From Octopus bimaculoides (taxonomy: Eukaryota): DNA of 63,023 nucleotides. The position numbers and the translations under genes are program-made. The stretch is taken from NCBI RefSeq assembly GCF_001194135.2, contig NC_068989.1, positions 59,664,537 through 59,727,559 of the forward strand, written 5' to 3'. Positions within the stretch are counted from its first letter, which is position 1. Each line of letters starts with the position of its first letter. Of the stretch, positions 47,201 through 59,240 are shown piece after piece. Under the pieces are notes generated by a model. The model did not search any database. It was not told the origin of the DNA and saw nothing but the letters and a program-made list of their open reading frames with translations.

Positions 47201-50200
47201 CACACATACACACTTCTTTTTGTGTCTATCTACCAAATTTGCTCAGAAGGCTTTGGCTAGCCTAGGTCTAGTGTTGCTCAGTGGGACTGAACCCAAAATC
47301 CTGTGGTCAGTAAACAAACATTTTAACCACATAGCCATACCTGTGTGTATATTGTGGACAGTGGCAGTGGCTTTATTTCTTATCTGTGAAGTTGATTTCT
47401 TCTTTGCTGAATGCTTCCATTATGGTGATGCCATTGATGACTCTGTAGACCAATTCTGGGGTAAAAGAGCCAATGGCATTGACTGCATGGTAATGTTGGT
47501 GGAAGACGAAGTTGATTTTGTCAAGCCTTTCTCTCCTGTCATTTGATTTTTTTTCTTTTTCTTTTTTCGCCTTTAGTCGAGAAAATCGACCCCAGGTTTT
47601 ATTCTTTGTAAGCCTAGTACTTATTCTATCGGTCTCTTTTTGCCGAACCGCTAAGTTATGGGGACGTAAACACACCAGCATCAGTTGTCAAGCGATGGTG
47701 GGGGGACAAACACAGACACACACACACATACATATATACGACGGGCTTCTTTCAGTTTCCGTCTACCAAATCCACTCACAAGACTTTGGTCGGCCCAAGG
47801 CTATAGTAGAAGACACTTGCCCAAGGTGTCATGCAGTGGGACTGAACCTGGAACCATGTAGTTGGTAAGCAAGCTACTTACCACACAGCCACTCCTGCGC
47901 CGTTTTATGTAAACGTTACCATATTTTTTATATCTAGGTATGGATAAAAGTTTAAGAAGTCTATATTTTAGTGAAGACACCAATAACACCAAGATATGTC
48001 CATAGCTGTCACTTTACTTACTAACAAAAATAATATTTCCTTGCGGAGCATTGAAATTAAATTACTATTTTTATTAATGAATTAATTATCATACAATGAG
48101 GAATCTTGCCTAAGTATTCTCCATGCTTTGGTAGAGGGTTGAAATTGCACATTTATATTGTACGTGTTGGATGTATCAAAGAAAGCAAGTGACAGATTTT
48201 TCCCTATTTTCTTTTGTTTTAGTTTTCCAAATGCAGGAAAGTCAACTCTTCTTCGAGCTCTCTCCAAAGCTAAGCCAACTGTAGCTCCATTACCATGTAA
48301 GTATTTAAAATAAAAGCAGAAGAGCATAAACTTCACATGTAGTCAATACTTTGTGTTCCAACAGCTATTCCATTAAACTAAACATTAAATGTATAATTAC
48401 ATAATTGTGATACATAATTAATTTTGTTTTAAAATCTCATCTGTTAAGCTAATTAGCATACTATCTTGAAAGTAAAAATTAGTAAAAGCATTCCTAATAG
48501 AGAAATATAAATTTCATTCTCATGATCCACACTAACGGGCCAAGTTTCTGGATGTCAACAGGTCTTTATGTAGTAGACATAACAGGCTAGATGTTTTTGG
48601 TGTACTCGAAAATAGAATTCACCCAGTATAGGTTCAACAGATAAAGTTGTGTGACTTAAATGTTTATATAAAAAGAATTTTCCTGTTGTTTATTAATCAT
48701 TATTGTCATCATCATGGTTTTAACTTTCACTTTACCATGCTTGTGTGAATCAGATGGAATTCATTGAGGTAGATTTTCAAGTGGATGCCTATCCTGTCAC
48801 CAACTCTAACCTGTCTTCAAGAAAGGTAATATTTCCCCATGGCCAGACTTGTTTCTGCAGAATAAGGGAAATGAAGGGCACTACTTGCATGACAGTGATG
48901 CTCATCTATAGCTATCATGTGGTGTCAAAACAGGAGATACAAACACACACACACACATATATGATGAGTTTCTTTCAGCTTCCATTTACCATTTCTATTC
49001 ACAAAACTTTGGTCAACCTGAGCCTGTGACAGAAGACACTGAACCCAAAACCTCATTTTTATGAAGAAACTTTCTAATCCACACAGCCATGGTTGTACCT
49101 ATATTGTGTCAAATTCTTTTATTATAATAAAAGGTTTTTACAAAGACTTATTTTTCAGTTGCTTTCACATATGTGTTTTAATCTCTAATAGAAATTATGA
49201 TTCAGTTTCTTTTTATTTTAAGTCAACAATTTCATATTCATTAAATTGAATTGAAAAGAAAGAAATCAATTTTTTTTAAATTTAGAAACTAAAATTTTAA
49301 ATGCAAATTTGATTTGAAATTCAGTATAAAAACTGAAATTCGACTTTGATTTTATAAAACATCTTGAGTTTCATTAATTTGGATTTTAATTTTAGATTTT
49401 GTACTTCCTTGCTTTTGGTTTATGAATCCATCTCTGTCATTTTTAATTTTGATTTTAAACTAAAACAAAAAAAATTGTATCAGAATTCATGTCTCAGTTT
49501 TTCAAAGCAGAGAAACTGGATTTAATTTACATGTATTATACTTTACAGTTACTACTCTTTGCCCTGAGATTGGCATGATTGAGTACTCAGATCACAGACA
49601 GGTAAGTTTCTTTTATTAAATTATACATCATTCTCAATCTTCCATATTTACCTGCAGGCAAAGTTGGACACATTTGTCAGTTATTTGTCATGTAATACTC
49701 AAGAGGAAACCCGCACAATTTTTGTTTTGTGACTGGCTTGTTTATTTTGGGTGGGGGCTGTGGAGTGCTGATACATGTTTGTATGGTTGGATGTCTTTCT
49801 TATCACTAACCAATTCTAAGCTTGAATTACATGCATTTTAATCGTGTGTTTTGGCCCTAGAGACTGTTTGCTGGAACTAAAGTGTCTCCTCTGTCCAGTA
49901 GCTATCTTTCTTCAAGTGTCTACTCTCCTAATTTGGTTGCAAGAGTCCAGTGCCACATAAAAAGTACCCGTACTGGTGCCATGTGAAAGGTACCCAAACT
50001 GGCGCCAGGTAAAAAGCATGCATGCTGGCACCATGTAAAGGCACCCGTGCTGGTGCTATGCTAAAACCACCCAGCACATGCTGTAAAGTGGTTGATAGGA
50101 AGAGCATCCAGCTGTAGAAACCAAACCAAATCCACTTGGAACCTGATGCAACACTCCTGCTTGCCAGCTCTGGTCAAACCGTCCAACCCATGCCAGCATG

Positions 50201-53200
50201 GAAAACAGACGTTAAATGATGTTGATGATAATGATCTTCAGAATCCACATCACTAAAATGAAAAAATTATGAAAGCAGCCATTAAAATGATACAATACCT
50301 GTGAGGTTGCCACTGATTAAATCTTGCATAAACTCTAAGCTAGGTAACATTACATGCAATCAGCAGTACATACAGCAGTGAAGATACCTGTCAGCTACAA
50401 TTATCTAAATGCATCACACCACTGCCAAGAGGGGAAATTATTACAAAAGCTTTTTATTATCAATGATAAATTCAAGAATCAGAAATAATTCTTGTGCAAA
50501 GTGGTTCCATCTTCTGATGAAAATGGCACAGACAAATTGTTACAGCAAGTGTTGTTGTGAACTGGACTCAAGTATGTTGACTTAACAATTCCACTAAGAA
50601 TATATTTTTTTCCTTTTTTTCTATTGGTTTGGTCTAGAGGAATGGACAGTGTCTGTGGTGTTTTCAAATCCTCTTTGATGCTATTTAATCAGCAGATTCA
50701 ACACACAGGTGTAAGTGAATGAATCCATCCATCTGGTGTCCTAGAAAATAGAAATGTTACATGTTCTACAAATAGTGGAATACTTCTATTAGCCACCAGG
50801 TGCTTCTTAAACTAAATTTGATCAAGATAGTGACCAAGCTCTTTGGAAATATGCTGTGCTTGAGAAGACCCGGCAAGCCAAGTGAGACCATAACCCATGG
50901 CCTATGCCAGGGGTGTAACCAGCCCACTTATGCATACCTTTCCTTCATTGGACACTAAACTCTGCTTGCGAAGACCTATTGAGGCAAGTGAAATCGAAAT
51001 CAAATTTGATGACAGCACCGCTTGACTGGTATTCGTGTTAGTGGAGCGCCAAGAGCACCATCTGAGCATGATCGTTGCCAGTGCCGCTGACTGGCTCCCA
51101 TGCTGGTGGCACGTAAAAAGCACCATTCGATCGTTACCAGTGTCGCCTTACTGACACTTGTGCCGGTGGCACATGAAAGACAACATTCGAGCGAGGTCGT
51201 TGCCAGTGCTGCTAGACTGGTTCCTGTGCAGGTGGCACATAAAAAACACCTTTTGAGCATGGCCGTTGCCAGTACCGCCTGACTGGCCGTTGTATCGGTG
51301 GCACGTAAAAGCACCCACTACACTCTCAGAGTGGTTGGTGTTAGGAAGGGCATCCAGCTGTAGAAACTCTGCCAGATCAGATTGGAGCCTGGTGCAGCCA
51401 TCTGGCTCGCCAGTCCTCAATCGAACCATCCAACCCATGCCATGAATTTAACGTTAGCGTCTTATGAAGCTAAATTTATAAGTTCTAAAATTGCAGAAGA
51501 ATTTGTTGCTGGGCAATTTAGTTTAATGGTAAAACACTTGACGCGTAATCACAGAGATGCGAGTTCGAGTCTCATGGCTGGCCAGTAGCGTATTTTTCTG
51601 CAATAAATGGATAATTTATCCTGATCACGCTATTTATAGCATTATCACGTGTTTGAGAAATAAATTTATTTCTGTTCTTACAATTTCTCTTGTTACTATT
51701 GAACAGATAAAACTTGCTGATTTACCTGGGCTAATTGAAGGAGCCCATTTAAACCTTGGCATGGGGCACAAGTTTCTCCGACACGTTGAAAGAACCAAAT
51801 TACTGTTGTTTGTTGTTGATGTTCGTGGCTTCCAGCTACAAATGGAGAAAGAAAAAAGATCAGCTTTGGAAACTGTTTTACTTCTGAATAAGGTTGGTTC
51901 ATAAAACATGTTTATTGTTTTCTGTTTTAATTTCTGACAACCAAAAACCAGCAGAATTATATTTTTTAATTCCTAAGCAACATTTTTCTTTTTAATTGTA
52001 GGAGTTAGAACTTTATCAGCCAGATTTAATTAGAAAGCCTGCAATTCTTGTTTTGAATAAAGTGGAAAATGAAAAAGATAAACAAATAGCACAAGAAGTT
52101 TTAGACTTGGTGCAACAGCGTCCAGGTAAGAGAAATACAAGAAATTGAAAAACTGAATATATGTATTTGTATTTGTTTAGTGCAGCTATTCTGAAAGTTG
52201 ACCTATTATTATTATTCAAAATACCAGGAATCTGTTGAATGATAAACAGCTGACTGTAACAGAAAAAAATATAAACAGGCGCAGGAGTGGCTGTGTGGTA
52301 AGTAGCTAGCTTACCAACTACGTGGTTCCGAGTTCATTCCCACTGCGTGGCACCTTGGGCAAGTGTCTTCTGCTATAGCCTCAGGCCGACCAAAGCCTTG
52401 TGAGTGGATTTGGTAGACGGAAACTGAAAGAAGCCTGTCGTATATATGTATATATATATATATATGTTTATATATATATATATAAAGAGCATTACTACAG
52501 AATAATGCCACACACCAGACTTCCCAAATAAACACATTTCCCTGACGAATTTTTTTACACACTAGCTTCCTGATAAAATTCTTGTAAAAGATTTTTATCC
52601 TATTTTTATTTTATTAACCAAATATATATATGTTTGTGTGTCTGTGTTTGTCCCCCCAACATCGCTTGACAACCGATGCTGGTGTGTTTATGTCCCCGTA
52701 ACTTAGCGGTTCGGTAAAAGAGACCGATAGAATAAGTACTAGGCTTACAAAGAATAAGTCCTGGGGTCGATTTGCTTGACTAAAGGCGGTGCTCCAGCAT
52801 GGCCGCAGTCAAATGACTGAGACAAGTAAAAGAGTAAAACATTAAAAGTGAGTCGAAATTGAATTAAAACTGGATAACATTATTCATCTATACTTTAGGA
52901 AATGGGCGAATAAAAAAAAGTCATTTTGGAAATCAAGAGTTAAAATTATGTTGCAANNNNNNNNNNNNNNNNNNNNNNNNNNNNNNNNNNNNNNNNNNNN
53001 NNNNNNNNNNNNNNNNNNNNNNNNNNNNNNNNNNNNNNNNNNNNNNNNNNNNNNNNNNNNNNNNNNNNNNNNGCGAAAACACCTAAAGCTCCACGAGGCT
53101 CCAGCAGGGGATGGTGGCGAACCCTGCTGTACTCTTTCACCACAACTTTCTCTCACTCTTATTTCCTGTTTCTGTTGTGCCTGTAATTCAAAGAGTCAGC

Positions 53201-54936
53201 CTTGTCACACTGTGTCACGCTGAATATACCCAAGAACTACGTTAAGGGTACACGTGTCTGTGGAGTGCTCAGCCACTTGCACGTTAATTTCACGAGCAGG
53301 CTGTTCCGTTGATTGGATCAACTGGAACCCTCGACGTCGTGCCAACAACAACATTCCTCTTCTATTTTCATCCATGACTGCAACTCACCCTCTTTTGTAT
53401 TAAGCTTTTTCTTTCTTTTTTTTTTTTGTGGTATATGTCTGCCATTGTATTAATTTTACATTTTATCATTTACAACCTATTTTACCCCTGATTTCCAAAT
53501 GGCTTTTTTCATTCACTCTATTTATTATGTCTGTTTCTACAAGTATAGGCAATTTATATTATTCAGTTTTTAATTCTGTTTATATTTTTCCATTATGGTC
53601 AGTCGTTTTTCATCCAACAGTTTTCTGTTATTTTGAATAGTTATAATGCTCTGTCCCATCAGCTTTAAATGTTTATTCAATGAGTTACTAAATGATAATT
53701 TATTTCTTTATTGCCCACAGGGGGCTAAACATAGAAGGGACAAACAAGGACAGACAAGGGGATTAAGTCGATTACATCGACCCAGTGCATAACTGGTACT
53801 TATTTAATCGACTCTGAAAGGTAAAGTTGACTTCAGCAGAATTTGAACTCAGAACATAACGGCAGATGAAATACCGCTAAGCATTTTGCCCGGCGTCCTA
53901 ACGATTCTGCCAGTTTGCCGCTATTTATAAGTACTTATAAACCATAGTACTCTTTGAAATGCATACAACTGACTGAAGGTCAACTACATGAAACTCTGAG
54001 TAACAGTTTATAAAGTCTTTTCAGCCTAATGAAACACATATATAGGTGCAGACATGGCTGCGTGGTAAGAAGATTGCTTTCAAACCATATGGTTCCAGGT
54101 TCAGTTCCACTACTTGGCACTTTGGACAAGTGTCTTCTACTATAGCCTTGGGCCAATCAAAGCCATGTGAGTGGATTTGGTAGACAGAAACTGAAAGAAG
54201 CCTATTATATATATATATATATAGTTGACGAGTTAAAAAATAATTACGATTCAGTTGAATTAGGTACTTGAATTAAGGCACCAAGCTTCATTATTTAATG
54301 TCATTTGTCTGTGCTGGTATTACATGGTACATAATGTGTGTGTGTGTAAGTGTGTGTGTGTGTGTGTGTGTGCCTGCATGCATATATATATATCTATGTG
54401 TGTGTGTCTGTTTTCCCCACCACCACCTCTTGCCAATCATTGTTGGTGTGTTTATATCCCTGTATCGGCAGAAAACCAATAGAATAAGTACCAGACTTTT
54501 AAAAAATTAAGTCCTGGGCTCAATTTGTTTGACTAAAACCCTTCAAAGCAGTGCCCCAGCATGACTGAGGCAAGTAAAAGATAAAGATATATGTGTGTGT
54601 GTATACAGAGAGAGACAGACAGGCAGAAATTTGTTGTTCTTCATAAGTTGTAATACCATTTTTTGTATTTCCATTGCAGAATCTTTAGCAAATATGGAAA
54701 AGTATATGTTACCAAATGAGAATGTTACATTCGATCATATGATGACAATCTCAGCAAAGAAGAGAATTGCCACTGAAGAATTAAAGCTTAAAATACGAGA
54801 ATTGCTTGATATTTATAACGAACAAATTCTGATCAAAGAAAAACAAGAAACTATGGAAATATTTGATGATGTAGTAAAATTCCAAAAGACTTTACGGACT
54901 CACACTACTGAAAATAAATTGAGAAAATTAGTATAA
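41189..54936 (+). CDS. GTPBP10: Obg-family GTP-binding protein 10 (mitoribosome assembly GTPase), 9 coding exons, 394 aa
   Basis: Exons: 41189-41242, 43021-43220, 43869-43960, 45480-45624, 48223-48296, 49549-49601, 51707-51892, 52002-52125, 54680-54936. They sum to 1185 nt, all GT-AG and in phase. Gly-rich Obg fold ([17 protein letters not shown]), G1 [10 protein letters not shown]2 FTTL, G3 DLPG, G4 NKVE, G5 SAK. The short Obg domain and GFQL motif fit GTPBP10 better than MTG2. Confidence 0.92.
41712..42264. mobile_element. MITE with about 206-bp near-perfect TIRs, inserted into a piggyBac-type repeat
   Basis: Arms 41712-41917 and 42058-42264 with a 140-bp AT-rich spacer; the host repeat resumes, with cggt on both sides. 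Confidence 0.9.
43021..43220 (+). CDS. GTPBP10: GTPBP10 exon 2 (Obg fold)
   Basis: [34 protein letters not shown]...; pyrimidine tract with tag acceptor, gtaag donor. Confidence 0.93.
43300..43510 (-). mobile_element. SINE family B in GTPBP10 intron 2
   Basis: Reverse-complement match; a similar copy lies at 44120-44300. Confidence 0.75.
43869..43960 (+). CDS. GTPBP10: GTPBP10 exon 3
   Basis: [31 protein letters not shown]; cag acceptor and gtaag donor. Confidence 0.9.
45480..45624 (+). CDS. GTPBP10: GTPBP10 exon 4
   Basis: [18 protein letters not shown]...[10 protein letters not shown]; cag acceptor and gtaac donor. Confidence 0.92.
45650..46052 (-). mobile_element. SINE family C (older copy) in GTPBP10 intron 4
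   Basis: Diverged full-length match. Confidence 0.8.
47555..47900 (-). mobile_element. SINE family C (young copy) in GTPBP10 intron 4
   Basis: Near-consensus match. Confidence 0.88.
48223..48296 (+). CDS. GTPBP10: GTPBP10 exon 5 (P-loop)
   Basis: [24 protein letters not shown]; tag acceptor and gtaagt donor. Confidence 0.93.
49549..49601 (+). CDS. GTPBP10: GTPBP10 exon 6 (G2)
   Basis: [18 protein letters not shown]; cag acceptor and gtaagt donor. Confidence 0.92.
49940..50230 (+). mobile_element. Family D repeat with internal tandem units of about 25 bp
   Basis: tggtgccatgt-aaaagcacc units; ends gttaaatgatgttgatgat. Confidence 0.7.
50850..51445 (+). mobile_element. Family D repeat with internal tandem units of about 60 bp
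   Basis: Repeated ggtggcac...cgttgccagt...gactgg units; ends near aacccatgcc. Confidence 0.75.
51512..51584 (+). pseudogene. Degenerate tRNA-like sequence (anticodon position CGT, Thr-like)
   Basis: Cloverleaf spacing with D-arm GTTT/AAAC, A-box TAGTTTAATGG and B-box GAGTTCGAGTC. Acceptor and anticodon stems are mismatched and G replaces U33. Confidence 0.5.
51707..51892 (+). CDS. GTPBP10: GTPBP10 exon 7 (G3)
   Basis: [44 protein letters not shown]...; cag acceptor and gttggt donor. Confidence 0.94.
52002..52125 (+). CDS. GTPBP10: GTPBP10 exon 8 (G4)
   Basis: [25 protein letters not shown]...; tag acceptor and gtaag donor. Confidence 0.92.
52277..52835 (+). mobile_element. SINE family C (young copy) with about 120 bp of extra sequence in its microsatellite, in GTPBP10 intron 8
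   Basis: Near-consensus head (about 52277-52450) and tail (about 52620-52835). Confidence 0.88.
53073..53353 (+). mobile_element. SINE family A, 5' part hidden by a gap
   Basis: Match to family A. Confidence 0.85.
53710..53922 (-). mobile_element. SINE family B
   Basis: Reverse-complement match. Confidence 0.75.
54043..54585 (+). mobile_element. SINE family C (older, split) in GTPBP10 intron 8
   Basis: Head about 54043-54210, tail about 54400-54585. Confidence 0.75.
54680..54936 (+). CDS. GTPBP10: GTPBP10 exon 9 (G5, stop)
   Basis: ...[27 protein letters not shown]...LV*; cag acceptor; AATAAA at 54992-54997. Confidence 0.9.
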
Positions 54937-57900
54937 TTATTTTGTAACTTATTCTTTTGTAAACAAAAATTAATGAAAATATAAAAAGAACAATAAAAAT
55001 ATTTTAGAACAATGTTTTAAAATTTTATTTATAAATTATTTGTGATAATAGTATTTTATAAGTTTAAAGCTTATAGTGATCACTGCACAATGACTAAAGA
55101 AAATAGTCTAATAATGGGACATATAAGCCCTCGACAGGAAAAAGTACATTTTCCGTATGTGTGGGACTCAAACCTAAACCTCTTTGTTTACACAACTAAG
55201 TGTGCTACCGATTACACCAGCGAACCTACCTGCTTTTTTCTGTCAGATTTAAGAACTACAATTAGTTCGTCATTTTTGTAAACAAACTTTTCAGGTGCTT
55301 TTACTACGAATGGTTTTGTTAAGCAGTGTCAACTTTTACAATTCTGTATGTAGAGCAAGGACTATACAGCACTATCTGTGTTTCATTCCAGAAAGTTCCA
55401 ATTGTGTTAATGATTCTAAGATGAGTCAAAGATTAAAGATCATTAACAAGTAAAGTAATTAATCAAGATAATTTACTTCCTTCTGACAATTTCTGTGAGG
55501 AGGAATTTAATTATTTAGACTTTTTAGATGTCTATAAACCTTGCCTTAACATGCTATATAGAGACATGTGATTGTTTATTGTGACAATTAAATGTTAGCC
55601 TTCTGTATCACCATTCTTTAGAATAATATTCTTGATTTCATATAGCAAGTCACAAGATCTTGTTCTAGGAGAGGTGTAATGGTCGTTTAAATCAATCTCA
55701 GTATATTACTGGTATTTGTTTTAAGTCTAGAGAGATGACAACATGATCAACCTAGATATGGCTCAGTATCATCTCTACCCACAATCAAATCAATCAAAAG
55801 AATATCACTATTCAGCTTTCACGGAGATTACTTTAGTTATTTTATACTACTGAAATTGATAAAATAAAAACCAAGAATATACTAAAGTGAATTTTATCTA
55901 GATTGTTTTTTGGGGGTTTTTTTTTCTTTTTTTTTTTGCTTGCCAAAGTTGAATGAGTCTACTGTACAGTATATCTCATCTCTAGTTGTCTGTCTTTTGT
56001 AACTTCATCTGTAAGACTAAACATCCTGAAATCTACTCACGTCACCTCTTCCTATCTTGAGTATCTTAGACTGTCATTACATGGCACATGATATATCTTC
56101 ACAACATATATCCGTACAAGTCTAGTCATCACTTCTGCATACAACAGTTGATACCTTTAAAATCTAGCTACCCTTTCTACCTCTCATGATGTTCTCTATA
56201 CTTTATGTAAGTTACTATAATTCAATGAATCATTTCATCTTTTTACAGTTTTCACAGATTGACATTCAATGCCCAAGTCTCACCTTTTGGAGAAAGAGAG
56301 AAATTATTGTTGCTGGTTGCAGTGTAACCTTGATCTCAGTCCTATGATCAAAGTCACTCTAGCCATGACCCTCCTGAAACTTTAGGAGTATCTAGAACTA
56401 CATTATCTAATGTGTGTCATTCACTTTTTTAAGATGACGGTGTATGGTTTGGGGGATATTTAGACTTTTAACATTCAAATTGCTGTGTTAAATGTATCAT
56501 CATCATCATCATCATCATTTAACATCCATTTTCCATGCTGGCATGGGTTGAACAGTTTGATAAGAGCTGGCCAGCCAGGGAGATAATGCTGATTTATTCA
56601 CATTGATATGAATTAATCATACATTACCTTGTAGCTTTGAGATATCAATGGTGTGATTGTTTATTGTGTAGGGTAAATAGGAGGCTGGATCTGGCCAGTT
56701 TGATGATAAAACAAGTAGATTATTTTGGCCAGTTTAATGCTAAAGAGTTAGTCTCTATTTCTAGCAAGTCAAGCAACTTCATAATGGCTTATCGACTTTG
56801 GTGCCAATATTAGTTAATAACTCCAAACTTCTTTCACCCCATTCTTACCCAAATAAACCTGGCCACCACCTCCTAAATTAAACATTAAAAATATAAACAA
56901 GCCCTCTGAGCAGTTTATGGACTTCATTTCCAAAGTACTGCTCTTACTATTAAGTTTCTGTTCATCTATCACATTTGATATCCTGTCTCTCTGGTAATTT
57001 GTACTCCTTTGGCCTGAGTATATAGTATTGAGTTCAATCATCACCGAAATTATCACACAATCATGACAGATCGTTTATTAATAAAGAAATCATTATCATG
57101 ATTATTATTAAGATGTTAGCTGACAGACTTGCTAGCACATTAGAAAATGCTTTGCAGTGTTCGTTCAAATCCTACAACGGTCAGCTTTGCCTTTCATCCT
57201 TTCAGGGTTGATAAATTAAGTCGCAGTTCAGCAGTGGAGCCAATGTAATCATCTAGCCCCTATCCACAAATTTCCAGGCTTTGTGCTGATAGTAAAAATT
57301 ATTATTATTATTATACCAATGAAAATTCAAATGCTTTATAACAAGAAAAATTGTGCATTATCATAATGTTTATTTAATTTTTCTTTACTTCAAACTGTGT
57401 CCAATTGCCATTGTCTTAAGAGTTATTTAGCTTTGGAATCTGATGTTGGAACTTAATAAAATCATTAAATGAGATTATACTCTGAAGCTATAAAGGAAAA
57501 AAATTAACACCAAGTGGAATATTAGATGACTGCTAATTAGTGATCATTAGGGAAGCTGTAAAATATTCACATCAACAATTTTCATGAATTGTCATGTTTA
57601 CTTTACCATACAATATATGTAGTAATAGTGGCTCTTGAGATATAATAGCATACTCATACATTATCATCATCACCATTTAATATCTTTCTTCCATACTGGC
57701 ATGGATGGATGGTTTGACCAGATCCAATAGGTCTGAGGATTGCAGCACACTCCAATGTCTGCTTTGGCATGGTCTCTACAGTTGGATAAAATTCCTTATG
57801 CCAACCACTTTACAGTACACCGGGTGCTTTTTTCATGGCATCAGCACCAGTGAAATTGTCATGTAGTTCACAAAACTAAGATCCCCTTCGACTCAGTGGG

Positions 57901-58717
57901 GCTACAACAGAGAAGGAGGCAGTTTTATACATCATTCACATAAAAAAAATGTATCCTTGATCAAGACTGATGTTAGTATCTGCTTAACTTCAAAACCTAA
58001 ATGAGGACGAATTTCTTACAGATTATAAAAATGTCTAAGTTAACTGACACAGGTAACTGCTTTGAACGAAAATACCCATTGCTGACTAAAGAAGTAAGAA
58101 ACTGCAATTCAATAATTAGAAGAAACACCATTAACTTATAGAAGGAAGTAAAAGGTGTGGGGTTACAAAACAGTTTGGGCCTATCTAACTTTTGACTTGA
58201 ATTCAACACTTATCATAGCAAGGTGAGTGAAATGATAACCTCTTAAAAGAAATGAAGACAGTAAACAACAATAATGTCTCCAACTGTGAACACCAACTAA
58301 AGTCATTTCATTTAAGAGAAAAAAACAGTCAAAGAACAGCTTATAATTTTAGTGCATAAACAGCAAACTTTATTGAAAACATATTTGAAAATTCTATTAT
58401 TTGCAGACAGTGAGATAGATGTTTACCATTAATCACAGTACATATATTACATTTAAAAAGGAAACAGATTTCACCTATACAGAGCAGCTTTTTAGAGAGA
58501 AGCTTAAAATGAGTAACCAGTTCAGTTATATCATTCCAATATAACCATCATAAACCCTTACGTTGATGTTGTTTCCCTGTTGGGATGGGATTTTGATTTT
58601 CCTTCACAATAGTTTGAAGTTATTTTATAGTAATCTCAGATTTTTGATAAAAAAGATAATTTTTCTAAAAAATTAAATAAAAGAGAGACTAATATAAACA
58701 ATAAGAAACTGTGTACC

Positions 58718-58763
<46 letters not shown>

Positions 58764-59094
58764 NNNNNNNNNNNNNNNNNNNNNNNNNNNNNNNNNNNNN
58801 NNNNNNNNNNNNNNNNNNNNNNNNNNNNNNNNNNNNNNNNNNNNNNNNNNNNNNNNNNNNNNNNNNNNNNNNNNNNNNNNNNNNNNNNNNNNNNNNNNNN
58901 NNNNNNNNNNNNNNNNNNNNNNNNNNNNNNNNNNNNNNNNNNNNNNNNNNNNNNNNNNNNNNNNNNNNNNNNNNNNNNNNNNNNNNNNNNNNNNNNNNNN
59001 NNNNNNNNNNNNNNNNNNNNNNNNNNNNNNNNNNNNNNNNCAGCAGATAAATATGAAAAGAATCAAATCATGAACACTTAGAAAAGCAAAGTTT

Positions 59095-59240
59095 TCACTA
59101 GGGCATCCAGCTGTAGAAACTCTGCCAAATTTAGATTGGAGCCTGGTGTTGCCATCCGGTTTCACCAGTCCTCAGTCAAATCGTCCAACCCATGCTAGCA
59201 TGGAAAGCGGACGTTAAACGATGATGATGATGATGATGAT
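59095..59240 (+). mobile_element. Family D 3' end with (ATG)n tail
   Basis: gggcatccagctgtagaaac...gttaaacgatgatgatg. Confidence 0.8.

Noticed and set aside
2627-53353. Recurrent near-identical repeats as a CRISPR-like or satellite array
   Set aside because: They are dispersed SINE copies with individual TSDs, not regularly spaced repeats.
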